From: Octopus sinensis
Lineage: Eukaryota
Length of the DNA: 64,000 bases
Direction of reading: 5' to 3'
NCBI RefSeq assembly: GCF_006345805.1
Contig: NC_042999.1
Location: forward strand, 35,154,001 to 35,218,000
The position numbers were made by a program, and so were the translations under genes. Below, one piece after another: positions 39,454 to 52,429 of the stretch (the stretch's first letter is position 1; each line of letters opens with the position of its first letter). A model generated the notes under the pieces. It had not been told where the DNA came from. It searched no databases and worked only from the letters and a program-made list of their open reading frames with translations.

Positions 39454-40848
39454 ATGTATATATATATATATATATACATATATTTTTTCAAATCCTTCAA
39501 TCTTAAACTAGAATTTATGACCAATACTAAAATAGTAAACTTCTTAGATGTTACGTTAGACTTGAATAAGCACCTTCACCACCCGTATAGGAAACCCGAA
39601 GAAACTACCAAATACATCCATACCTCTTCCAACCATCCACCCTGTATAATTAGCACCACGGTCCAAGCCATCTCAGACAGACTGACAAAACTATCCTCTA
39701 ATAAAGAAATTTTCAATAATCACGCACAACACTACAACCAGGCTCTCTATAGTGCCGGGTATAACCAGAGAATATCATATGTAGACCACCCGGGAGCGTC
39801 CGTCGGCCATAAAACTCCCAATTATAATCGAACTCAGCACTCAACTCACACTAGCGATAATTCTAATTTAAACTCCAAACAACATATAGGAAATAGGCGA
39901 ACTAATAGAATAGCACACAATAGTAACCCTCCCGACGAGAGCAATATAGATCCTATTAGGAGAAATAGAAGGGATAATAGTAGATTACGCAAATATATAT
40001 GGTTCAACATACCTTACAACTTAGCAGTTAGGGGTAAGTTATGTAAGAGAATATTCTCTATCATTTCCAACAACTTCCCACCCACCCACAAGTATAGAAG
40101 TATCTTCTCCAACAAAACCATTAGGATTTCCTACTCTACCCTGCCCAACATGAGCTGCCTCATAGCTAAACATAACCATATTAATATTAGAACAGCTAGA
40201 TCAAGAGCAAACCATAGCGACCAACAGAACCCCCCTCATCTAGACAGTAGACAATATAACCAGACTGGCAGCCATACTACCCAAACAGTTAGTAATAACA
40301 CCCGCCAACACATCAGAGGAAATACTACACCCATCAACAACCAGGAGGATATCAACGCCCCCACTCGTATAGCAACACCTCCGCCTGGGATTAGCAGCAC
40401 ACGACCGAATAATGCAATGCAATGCAACTGCAGATGTGCATCAGAGTGCCCGCTGCAGGGCGCATGTAGAGCGAAAAACGTAATATATTCATGTGAGGTG
40501 AGTACTCAGTTTAACACACTCACCTATATTGGTTGCTCAACCTCCTGGAAATCCAGATACTACAACCACCGGTCCTCGCTGAGACACAGACATAAGGCTA
40601 ACAGCACCTCCCTTTCTAAAAGAATTTGGGAATTAAAAGACAAATGCATAGGCTTCAAACTCAGATGGTCCATCATCGGATCAGCTGCACCTTATTTAAA
40701 TAATAGAGCAGGATGCCAACTATGTTGTGTGGAACTCCTGAACATCTTGAAATTCAAAGACAAACACAATCTTATTAACAAAAGGTCAGAGTTCAAACCA
40801 TCCTGTATACACAAACTTATTAATACTTTCAAATACTACAAAGCTTAG
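39454..40848 (+). mobile_element. 5'-truncated Naiad-type Penelope-like element ORF (RT end/thumb plus GIY-YIG)
   Basis: NFLDVTLDL, YRKPEETTKYIHTSSNHPP, IWFNIPYN, ISYSTLPNM, CNCRCASECPLQGAC, NVIYSC...TYIGCSTSWKSRYYNH; open for about 450 codons; starts at (TA)n. Confidence 0.88.
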
Positions 40849-41964
40849 GTTTTATACCAACTCCCCCATGCAATTTCCTCCCACCCGGTGCAACCTGTCG
40901 GCTCCAGCACATCCCGCTTTCCTATATGTGCGTGTATATGCGTATGTATGTGTGTATGTATATGTATGTGCACATATGTGTACGCACATGTACATATATA
41001 TATATATATATATATGTGCGTGTGTGTGTGTGTGTGTGGGTGTGTGTATGTGCATATATGTTTCCCTGCATTTTCCTCCTATATATACAAATTTTGTCTC
41101 CCATATATGACTTCTTTTCCCTAAATATTTCTTCTCCTACACCCATATCCCTCCTATATAGTCTCTTTACTTCCCTATATCTATACCCTTTCACATTTCT
41201 AACTCGGATGTTGAACGCACACCGCCAAACTCCACTTCCCACCCTTCCAATTTTCAGTTCCCCCCGCCCGCCCCTACGTGGGCACTTTTAACACACACCT
41301 CTAACTTTCAACCACCTTCATCTCATGTTAAACTTTACCAAATTATATTTTTATCTTATTTTATTTTATTTTTATTTTTTACTTTTATTTTTACTTTTAT
41401 TCTACTTCCATTTATTCTCATTTTTATTTTCATCCCTTACCTTAAATCTTATAATTTTTATAATTTTTATATTTCATTTCTAACTATTACATTGTATTTC
41501 TTATTTTATACTGTATTTCTTACTTTTATTTCTAATTTTTACCCTTACCCTCATTCTTACCCCTAACTTATCACTTTACATCTCTATATATGTTTATTTA
41601 CTTACCTATGGATCCACTTTTTGACTATGCGAGCGTCCGTGTACGTATGTATGCGCATACATACATATACACGCGCGTATATGTACATACATATTTTAAT
41701 ATCTTATAGCTATACCCATATGCGCGTATGTCTCTCTGTGTGTGTATGTAAGTGTATATGTGCACGCACATACGGACACACAGCCGTGTGTGCGTGCACG
41801 TATAGACATGAGTACGTGATTCTTTACATACGTTCTTATATACATCCTTTAATATCTTATATCTAGACCTGGAAGCGTGGGCATATACGTGTGTGTATGT
41901 AGGGATGGGCCTGATTTTTGCAGAGTTTTGAATCTTTTTAACACTTTTTTTTTGCAATTGTCTT

Positions 41965-43107
41965 ATAATACAGACATGCCCAAATACATCAATAAATTAA
42001 CACTGATGTTTTTTCAGATGATTGTTACAATCATCTGAAATGGAACTGTCAAAGCGCGATATTCGAGTAATTTTGCAATTCAACTTCAAAAAAGGACGTA
42101 AAGCAGCTGAAACTGCTCGCGATATCAACGAAACGTTTGGTGAGGAAATGACCAGTGAGTGGTCAGCTCGAAAATGGTTTAAACGATTTCGTAGTGGAGA
42201 CCTGAGCCTTGAAGATCGTGAGCGTAATAGACACCTATCTGTCATCGATCATGGTCAATTAAAGACCATCATTGAGAAAAATCCACGTAAAACCACTCGA
42301 GAACTGGCAAAAGAACTTCAGTTAGCCAGAAAACTGCCTGCAACTATTTGCATGCGATCGGAAAATCAAAAATTCTCTACAAATGTGTACCACAAGATAT
42401 AAATGAAAGTCAGAAAATGCGCAGATATGAAATTTGCTCGTCGCTTCTTCTTCGTAACCAGACTGATCCTTTTCTTGACCGTATTGTAACTTGCGATGAA
42501 AAGTGGGTTCTACATAATAATGAAAAACGTTCTTTGCAATGATTGGAGCAAAATGAAGCACCGAAAACCTTCCCTAAACCCGAGTTTTTCAAAGAGGTTA
42601 TGGTGATTCTTTGGTGGTGGACTGCTGGACTCATTCTTTATAACTTCTTAAAACCCGGAAAAACCATTACTACAAAAACATATTGCCATGAAATTACCAA
42701 AATGAACGGAAAACTGCTTCTCCTCCGCCATAGACTGGTCAACAGAATGCCAGTCATTCTTCATGACAATGCTTGACCACACGTTTCACTAATAACGCAC
42801 CATAAGTTGAGAGGACTTGGCTACGAAGTTCTCCACCAAGCTTATTCCAAAGACCTTTCTCCTATCGACTACCACTTTTTCAAGCACCTTGATGGTTTCT
42901 TGCAAGAGGGGTTCAAAAATCAAACCGATGCTGAAAGTGCGTTCAAAGAGTTCATCAGCACCAGAACTCCAGATGTCTAAGTTACCGGAATAAACAAACT
43001 TGTAACTCGTTGACAAAAATGTGATGAATAAAATTTCCGCATTGTTGAAATATTTTGTGATGAATTTCATGTTTCAAAACGTTGCTTACTTTTTATTCAG
43101 ACTGATA
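41965..43107 (+). pseudogene. Mariner transposase (D,D34D type), frameshifted; right TIR present
   Basis: MELSKRDIR...RKWFKRFRSGDLSLED, IVTCDEKW, LHDNA, YSKDLSPIDYHFF; TIR-like CGTTGCTTACTTTTTATTCAGACTGATA. Confidence 0.92.
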
Positions 43108-43194
43108 CATATAATTCAGTAATATCAATGTACATTCCTTTGTACCTTACCTATTAACTTTTCTAGTTCATTAGCAACTAGAGATGTATAGATG

Positions 43195-43350
43195 TAGAAA
43201 ATTGGTTTCAAATTTTGGCTCAAGGCCAGCAATTTCAGGGGAGGGTGTAAATCTATTAAGTTGATCCTCAGTGCTCGACTGGTACTTATTTTATCGACCA
43301 TGAAAGAATGAAAGGTAAAGTCGACCTCGGCGGAATTTGAACTCAGAATG
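43195..43350 (-). mobile_element. SINE family B fragment, alternative tail
   Basis: Core and TTGAAACCAAT tail. Confidence 0.75.
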
Positions 43351-43779
43351 TAAAGTCCCAAGTATCGTGATCATCTGTAGTTTATGAATTAAGGATGTGC
43401 ATTCTCTCTCCAAGATTTCAAGTTAAGCCATACCTTGCTCCAGGCAGGTTGGTATGTATTCTGTTGCTCCAATAATAATGAGCATGAAGCTGAAAGTGTA
43501 TCTTGGACACTGGATTTGCAAACTCCTTATCAATGATCTATAGATGTCCTCTTTCTCTTGTATTCTTCTAACCAAAGGGCAGCTGATTTCCACAACAGAA
43601 CATGTATTTTCTTTGTGGTCCTACACAACAATATGTATGTATGTATGCATGCATGTATATATGTATATATGTCATTATTCATTTTAGTTCAAGATTTCTT
43701 GCCAATAGAGAAAGAACCGCTTTCTACCCTCGATCTAAGGCTCCTTCATTGGAATTTCAACATCATCAACAGGGTGTTT

Positions 43780-43858
43780 TTGTATGTATGTATGTATGTA
43801 TGTATGTATGTATGTATGTATGTATGTATGTATGTATGCATGTATGTATGTATGTATG

Positions 43859-43892
<34 letters not shown>

Positions 43893-43978
43893 TGTATGAT
43901 TTCATGCATGTATGTATGTACGTATACATGTATGTATGTATGTATGTATGTATGTATGTATGCATGTATGTATGTATG

Positions 43979-44012
<34 letters not shown>

Positions 44013-44150
44013 TGTATGTATGTATGTATGTATGATTTCATGCATGTATGTAGGTACGTATACATGTATGTATGTATGTATGTATGTATGTATGTATGTA
44101 TGTATGTATGTATGTATGTATTATGTATGTACGTATGTATTTATGTATGT
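43780..44150. repeat. (ATGT)n microsatellite with a repeated variant block
   Basis: GATTTCATGCATGTATGT block recurs at about 43897 and 44033. Confidence 0.9.
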
Positions 44151-44221
44151 ATGTGCAAATTTGTATATTTTATGTATGTATTCTCATACAGTTGCATGTC
44201 TATACATGCTCATATATATAT

Positions 44222-44930
44222 TTAAATGATAAACTTCTGGAAAGCTTTACATATTTTTACAGTTCCAGTGGTGGATTGGATCTGTAGTCTTCGAATTAGC
44301 TTTCTCCTTTCTGGTTTTGAGAAGCCTAATTTCTCAAGATTCGTATCTAGGCAGTGTGTTACATATTCCAGGACCCTAATAATTACAAGCATAAACTTGA
44401 ACTTGTAATCTGGGTAGAGTAACAGCAGATTTCTCAGTTCAGCATAGGTGTTCTCTTTTTCACTGATCTTCAACTTTGTTAACATCGGCTGGGCAGCTAA
44501 TTTCCACAACCATGCACAGTTATCAGATCTGCTGTGCTTACATTTTATTGAGGTCTTCACTGTTACGTTCCACCAGTATTCCTTTTTATTATGAGTGGCT
44601 ATAGCTTCTACCATATTGTAGGTTCTTATTTCTTTGTCGTCGGGATTATCTTTCCGAGGGATTTCATTATAGAGTGTCCTAGTTACAACGTCATGTCTCA
44701 TCGGTAGATAATACTGGAATAACATTTTAGGACAACTACTTATGATGTAGGTGATATCTTCAGTGTGAACTCCATAAAGTCTGCACTGTTGTCACACTTT
44801 ATGACTTTACCGGAATCTCTATCCCTTTGTGCTTCAGATACTTGGTTGATATTTCCTGTTTCTGGATTGGAAACGCATACTAATCAAAGGGGAGACTAAT
44901 CCATATCCTCAAAATATCATAACTTCACTG
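44222..44930 (-). mobile_element. R4/Dong-type LINE 3' fragment (decayed CCHC knuckle plus restriction-like endonuclease)
   Basis: CRLYGVHTEDITYIISSCPK...RHDVVTRTLY...YAEL...LEKLGF...RRLQIQSTTGTVKICKAF. Confidence 0.75.
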
Positions 44931-45251
44931 AAATAACTGGCCAGTCGACGGTGTGTATACTTTAAGTATACATTCGTCCCAGCAGCGATCAACGAGGACT
45001 CGAAATGTGTTTCAATCTTTTAGGGCCTTTTCAACGGTGCGAATGGACAGCGAGCTACAGGCTCGGGAGAGAATTCGTCATCTGTGATATAGGAAAGAAT
45101 TAATAAAACATTCACTGATGTTGGGAACAGCCGCCCAACAGAATAAAAATTCGGTATACGCAACTTAGGCAGTATTCAGATAGCCATATATGTATCATAT
45201 TTAATATATAGTCACAGTCGACGGTCCACTTACTGAGATATTTGTTCTGAG

Positions 45252-45452
45252 ATAAAGTCGCTTGTGGACGTAATACATAACACAGGGAGATGAAAGTTTG
45301 TCCCACTTGCGGAGAGCGAGAGCACCAGATGGATTTCGGCTTCTGGGGGCTCCTCCAAATATATGGCTGGCTGAGAGTATGCGCCATTGGAAACGCTAAA
45401 AAAAGGGTTGAAGTGCATATAGCGTCCTCCCTGGTCATTGCTGGGACAAGTT

Positions 45453-45518
<66 letters not shown>

Positions 45519-45682
45519 TTATTGTGCTTTTAACACAGTACATATATGTGTGTGTGTGTACATGTGTGCATTTATATGTATATATGTATGTATATGTTTG
45601 TGTGTATATATATATATATATGTGTATATATATATATATGTATGTATATATATATATATATATGTGTGTGTATATATGTATG

Positions 45683-45732
<50 letters not shown>

Positions 45733-45832
45733 TATACACATACTTATATATACATATATATATATAATATATATAGATATATACACATACTTATATAATA
45801 TATATATAGATAGATAGATAGAGATATATACA

Positions 45833-45887
<55 letters not shown>

Positions 45888-45997
45888 GTGTGGTGTGTGT
45901 GTATATCTCTATCTATCTATCTAATATATATATATATATAAGTATGTGTATATATCTATATATATTATATATATATATGTATATAAGTATGTGTATA

Positions 45998-46029
<32 letters not shown>

Positions 46030-46192
46030 CTACATACATATATACACACAACATATAATATATATATATACATACATATATATATATACACATATATATA
46101 TATATTACACACAAACATATACATACATATATACATAAAATGCACACATGTACACACACACACATATATGTACTGTGTTAAAAGCACAATAA

Positions 46193-46247
<55 letters not shown>

Positions 46248-46460
46248 GAGAGAGAGAGATAGAGAAACTTGTCCCAGCAATGACCAGGGAGGACGCTATA
46301 TGCACTTCAACCCTTTTTTTAGCGTTTCCAATGGCGCATACTCTCAGCCAGCCATATATTTGGAGGAGCCCCCAGAAGCCGAAATCCATCTGGTGCTCTC
46401 GCTCTCCGCAAGTGGGACAAACTTTCATCTCCTTGTGTTATGTATTACGTCCACAAGCGA

Positions 46461-46464
<4 letters not shown>
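45252..46464. repeat. ~600-bp inverted duplication centred on (TA)n
   Basis: 45252-45850 mirrors about 45880-46464, including its microsatellites. Confidence 0.9.
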
Positions 46465-46501
<37 letters not shown>

Positions 46502-47074
46502 TGTATTTAAACAATACTCTGAGCTGGAACAACTGTTTTCAAATAAATGAGGCGTTGGGAAGTTATTAATTAATGTATTCTTAAATATAATCCAGAAATT
46601 TTTTGCTTGTTTGTTTTACATAAATTCTGCAATTCAATTTTTCACGAAAGTGACATGTTAAACATTCATTTTTATTTTAGAATTAATTAGTGCTTGAAGC
46701 AGAAATTAATTTTTGAGAAAAAAAAATTGTAATAAAATTAATTGATGACATTTGTTATACCGCGAATTGTTTAAAACGTTCGCTAAATCATTTACAAGAC
46801 TATCAATTGAAAACATTTTTAATACATTGAATATAAAACATCTCTAATAAAATGAGTTGGAAGATATTTCCACAATAATTTTAAATATGCACACGTCATA
46901 ATTATTAATATGAAAATCAGAAAAAGTCTGACTCAAGTGTTCTGTGTAGTATACAAAACTGCATGGAGATTTACACAACTACTATTTAGGAGAGCAGTGG
47001 GTTTAACGATGTGAGTATATAGAAAATTTGGGGGAATTATAATAAATGCATTAATGTGCTTACCTTACAGTAAG

Positions 47075-47292
47075 TATTTTTTTCTGCTACGGACACAAAG
47101 CCTAACATTTTGAGGAAGAAGGCCAGTCGATCACATCGATCCCAGTGTTCAACTAGTACTTATTTTTATCGACCTCTGGAAGATTAAGGACGAAAAACAC
47201 GACTTCGGCAGAATTTGAACTTAGAACGTCAAGAGTCGGAAGAAACGTTGCCAGGCAATTTATCCAATGAGCTGACGATTCTGCTTGGTCGC
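47075..47292 (-). mobile_element. Old SINE family B copy, alternative tail
   Basis: Diverged head, core and tail. Confidence 0.65.
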
Positions 47293-47309
47293 ATACTGAA
47301 AACATTAAT

Positions 47310-47700
47310 TTTTACTACCCACAAGGGGCTAAACACAAAGAGGACAAACAAGGACAGACATAGGTATTAAGTCGATTACATCGACCCCAGTGCGTAACTG
47401 GTACTTAATTTACGGACCCCGAAAGGATGTACGGCAAAGTCGACCTCGGCGGAATTTGAACTCAGAACGTAACGGCAGACGAAATACGTATTTCTTTATT
47501 ACCCACAAGGGGCTAAACATAGAGGAGACAAACAAGGACAGACATAGGTATTAAGTTGATTACATCGACCCCAGTGCGTAACTGGTACTTAAGTTACGGA
47601 CCCCGAAAGGATGAAAGGCAAAGTTGACCTCGGCGGAAATTTGAACTCAGAACGTAACGGCAGACGAAATACGGCTACGAGTTTCGCCCGGCGTGCTAAC
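47310..47700 (-). mobile_element. SINE family B dimer with 17-bp TSD
   Basis: ATACTGAAAACATTAAT at 47293-47309 and 47701-47717; two core+tail units, head truncated. Confidence 0.88.
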
Positions 47701-48263
47701 ATACTGAAAACATTAATAATCATTATAACATAAAAATTAGTGTAATTTATATTGGGAATATTATTGCAAACATTAACGTAAATATGATATAGTCATTGAA
47801 ACATTGTTGTATTTAGCAATTGAATTATGGAAGAGATATTTTAGCCTTTCAAGAACAGACTTAACTGTTACATTCATTTAATGTTCATTTCTTAAGGTGT
47901 CAAAATTTTGCCACACATCTGCGACCTGATCATTGACACAAATACATTGCAAGTGTTGAAAATTATTTACTTGTGAATATTTGTAACCCTCGAGAGGTTT
48001 CATCACTTTCTCTCGTTTTTACATTGAACTTTTGAACATACGAGTCTCCTGCATAATTGTAGGTTGATAATCTGACATGAAACGCCGTTAGTCACTTTAA
48101 CTTTCAATTGCTCGGTTTATAAGGTTATTTGTACATTTCAATGCCATTAATCTTCCCATTGTCTTCATTCTTTCGTTAAAGTGGTTGGTGTGGAATGTAT
48201 TGAGACGTTGTTGAATACAAACATACATACATACATACATAATATATATATATATACATATAC

Positions 48264-48313
<50 letters not shown>

Positions 48314-48318
48314 TATAT

Positions 48319-48353
<35 letters not shown>

Positions 48354-48380
48354 TAGATATATATAGATATATAGATATAT

Positions 48381-48441
<61 letters not shown>

Positions 48442-48587
48442 TATCTACTTATAGGACAAATCTATTAAATTTTGATTCTTGCTAACGTGATATTTTTTTT
48501 TTACTCTATGATAAAACAATACCAATAATAATTTAGAGATATGGATAAAATCCCACATCAATTTAATAACCCCGATCATATATATAT

Positions 48588-48606
48588 ATGTTTGTGAGTA
48601 TGTATG

Positions 48607-48637
<31 letters not shown>

Positions 48638-48642
48638 GCCTG

Positions 48643-48673
<31 letters not shown>

Positions 48674-48740
48674 GTGTTTATGTATGTATGTATGTATGTA
48701 TGTATGTATGTATGTATGTATGTATGTATGTATGTATGTA
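48588..48740. repeat. (TATG)n microsatellite
   Basis: Direct observation. Confidence 0.9.
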
Positions 48741-49010
48741 GTAAAGGCACGTGACCTACAGGCTAGAACGTTTCATTCACGATGCGTTGTGCTCTTGCGT
48801 AAAACACTTCATTTCACGTTGCTCTGCAACCAATTCAACACCTGACACACCGGGCTCCTGTACAAGAAATATTGATTAGATGGAGAGGGCGAACTAATGT
48901 ACAGTCCAAACATTTGACCACTTTAAATAAATCAATTGTGCAAGTTCTTCAGTATGACATTGTGGAACCCTTATTTGTCGTTTACGGCAAAAAGATCCAC
49001 AACCACAAAA
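48740..49010 (+). mobile_element. SINE family C-related copy (deleted head)
   Basis: AAAACACTTCATTTCACGTTGCTC shared with 21709 and 49490. Confidence 0.55.
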
Positions 49011-49088
49011 TATGTATATACATACAAAATATTTTTGTGTATAAAACAGGCCTAAGTAGAGAGAAATATATTCACAATCTTAAGTATG

Positions 49089-49320
49089 TCTTTCTTTACT
49101 ACCCACAAGGGGCTAAACACAGAGAGGACAAACAATGACAGACAAACAGATTAAATAGATTGTATCGACCCCAGTACGTAACTGGTACTTATTTAATCGA
49201 CCCCAAAAGGATGAAAGGCAAAGTCGACCTCGGCGGAATTTGAACTCAGAACGTAGCGGCAGACGAAATACCGATAAGCATTTCGCCCGGCGTGCTAACG
49301 ATTCTGCCAGCTCGCCGCCT
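49089..49320 (-). mobile_element. SINE family B monomer
   Basis: Full head, core and LINE-like tail; CTTAAGTATG repeated at both flanks. Confidence 0.88.
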
Positions 49321-49489
49321 TAAGTATGGTGTGTTGAAGTTATCTTCTTCAGACAAAAACCGTGCTCTTCCATGCAAAATGATTTAGTTACTTACCTTAG
49401 TACTGTAACATAAATATGTGAACCATCATATTGTGCAAGTTAGTAGAAAACAGAAGTAAGACTCTTTTCGTTAGAGTTGTAGTCAAAAA

Positions 49490-49752
49490 AATCAAAACTT
49501 GCGCCCTTTTAAAGCCTAGCCAGGCTCTTGGGCCTGGATTTCCGGTTTCAATGGCGTATGTGTTCCCCAGCTGGACGGTACGCCAGTCCATCGCAGCGTT
49601 ACTCATTTTTGCCAGCTGAGTGGACTGGAACAACGTGAAATGAAGTGTTTTGCTCAAGAACACAACTCGTCGTCTGGTCCTGGAATCGAAACCACAATCT
49701 TACGATCATGATGCTGACACCCTAACCACTAAGCCACACGCCTCCACTTAGA
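49490..49752 (-). mobile_element. tRNA-type SINE with conserved central domain
   Basis: Head TGGCTTAGTGGTTAG...GTTTCGATTC; CTGCGATGGACTGGCGTACCGTCCAG domain. Confidence 0.75.
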
Positions 49753-50789
49753 GTTGTAGTGCCGTTGAATAATTCGTTTGTCTCCGAGGAGCTTTTCGTA
49801 AGTATCAACGTTTGTACATGAACTTTCTTGGTACTTTATATAGTACTCTCTATATCTTAGTTTGCAATTGACACATGGGTTTGTGTGACGAATTTAGCAA
49901 TCCATTCTTTATAATTGTATTTGTTAAATGTGCAGGGTCTGCAGATGATCAAACTGACAGATCTTTTTTTTTTTTCTATGGCCTTAACAATGAGATTAGT
50001 TTCTTCTAAAAGGATTTACTATTGAACATAACATCACCAAACATTACATGATCAAACTTATTGATATCATACCGCCTTCTGGCCTTAACTATTTCACTAC
50101 CTTCTTTAACTAGCCTGTTCTAAAACTATATTGATGGTATTTTCCATCTCCATTAATTTTTAGAATACTTTTAAATATTTTTTCTACTTCTTTATCCACT
50201 CTGTGTCATTTTGTGTATACCCAAATAATTGCATTAGTATGATAAATTACTCTGCTTTTGCTGTTCTTGACGTTGGTACATTTGTGACACATTTGTCATT
50301 GTTTATTACACCATCGACAATTTGTATGTTCAATTTAGCACATTTTCAACACAGTAGCTTTCCTGGTTACTTGCCATGAATATTCTAAAATCTGAGTGAA
50401 GCGTGCACATCTTTAGTGTTCAGTTGATAGCCACATTCTCTAGCTATAGCTCTGAGCTCAGTAAACTCCCATTAGTATGTCTAGAGGCCCAATCTTGTTT
50501 ACTTTTATACTACCGCAGATGGAATTTACTGTGTGTAGAGTACTACACACACAGCGAATTCTTCATCCACTTGGTCCGAAGAAGGAATAAATAATTTTAT
50601 TAACCAAGTTAATGTCATCAGTCAACCAAGAGCACAATGCTCTTAATTATTCTTCAAAATAGCTAATGTGTGTTTTATTTACTTTGCCCACCAAACCATA
50701 AACATTTTGGCAGTGTTTCCAGCAATTTCAGCTGAGATCGCACAGGTTTTCCTTTCAATATAAAGCAGGCTGTCAAATTTTTATGTGTT

Positions 50790-51900
50790 TGTTTCCTTAT
50801 TAAAGTGGTCTTAAGGTATCAAACTACAAGTGAAACCTTGGCCTTTATCTGCAAGATAATAAGGTGGTTTAGTCCAACAAAACCAGTGTTTACTGAGGCT
50901 CCTTAAGAAGTGATAGTAGGGATGTTCCAAGTCTCTATCAAGGAGAACCGGGTTTGTCCAAACTCTGTCTGAACAAGATTGCTCACTATATGTCAGAACT
51001 GAAAACAGAGCCAGTACATTAATATCGACATAATAAAATACCAGTTTACTCTCACCAGTCAATTTCACATACATCTCAGTGGCAAAGTGTACCTCAGTGG
51101 ATGGATATGGTAATATTACATCTATACTGCATATAATGAAGTTTGTGAGGTCAAACTTACAGTTGCACTCATCAATCCTGCTGGATAGGTCTTCAGTATT
51201 TGATAAATCTGCTGGTACTTCTCTAATGGGCGTGCGATTTGTGACAAAAAAGGAGTATATTGTGTTGCTGATAATGTTGTAAATACAACGGGCAGGATGG
51301 AGGGGTAGTCCAACATCATGGTGTGTGTCGGTTATATGGTCTCGCTAATGCGAATTGCACTTCCTGGTAGTTTCAGCGTAAGGTGGTGTGCCGATCTTTT
51401 TGATATAAGACAAGCTGGTGGGGAAAATTCTTTTCGTGTCAAGAGATTTATATCCCTTGTCTTAAATACTTGGAGAGGTGGAGTAAATACCATACTTTTG
51501 CTAGGAATATTACTGTTTTGGTATTTTCAATCATAATATTATTTCTATCTCACCTTAGTAAAAATATTTTGTGTCTGATAAGCTAGTTATGTTCCTGACA
51601 GTATATATATATATATAGCGAAATTTGGAGGAAAGTTTAGAACTAATTTTGTCTTTACCCAGTGGTATTTCTCAGAACCCTCATCTAGTCTTAAAATTTG
51701 TTTTTATGCATCCAATCTTTCCCAGAAATTCTATTTTTTGTTTGAAGTTGTTCTTTGGGTGAGGAAGCTTTACAATTGCTTCTTCATACAGATTTACTAT
51801 TTTTCGAAAGTGCTGACATCTTCTAGAGAAGAAAGAGTATTGCTATTGAACAATTTGTTGAAGGCTTTTCATTTCATGCTCAGCACGTCTTTCATTTTAC
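50790..51900 (-). mobile_element. Heavily decayed PLE RT fragment
   Basis: PARCI..ISNT...NTEDLSSRIDECN...IICSIDVILPYPS resembles PLE RT motifs; many stops. Confidence 0.45.
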
Positions 51901-52429
51901 TTTCCTGATAGCCTCTCATTTTGATTTATCTCCAATGCTTACTTCATTGTATAGAATGGATAACAGGTTAATAAAGTGCGTTTTAGTTTGAAAGCCAGTG
52001 TTTTTTTTCCTTTCACTTCAAGTCCAATATTGTTGACTGTCATGTAAATTTTATTAGCCTTAATCTCATCTGAGATGCAGTATTTTCCAAAATGAATTTT
52101 GTTTGCAAAGTTCTTCTATAAAGTGTAACAATGTCCCCAAAAAACTATGCTAGACCGTCAAATAAACCCCCAACATTTTTTCACCAATTGAAAATATAAA
52201 TGATATACCCATACCTAGAAACAAGAGAAAAAAACATGCCTAACCAAACACCACAACCAAAATACAAAGCTCCCCAGAGAAATGATGTTAATATTAGAAG
52301 AAATAATATACAAAAAAGAATTTATTTTTTATGGTCAGGACAGCAAATACCGGAGAAAGAAAAGGCCAAGAAGAAACAACTGTGAAACAACTGATAGGAT
52401 AGAGCCTAAAGTTATTAAAGAAATATAGA

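Noticed and set aside
45000-45045. TTGAAAA-GG...GATT-GAAAC-ACAT on the minus strand
   Set aside because: Looks like a CpG-decayed hammerhead, but U16.1 and stem I are broken.
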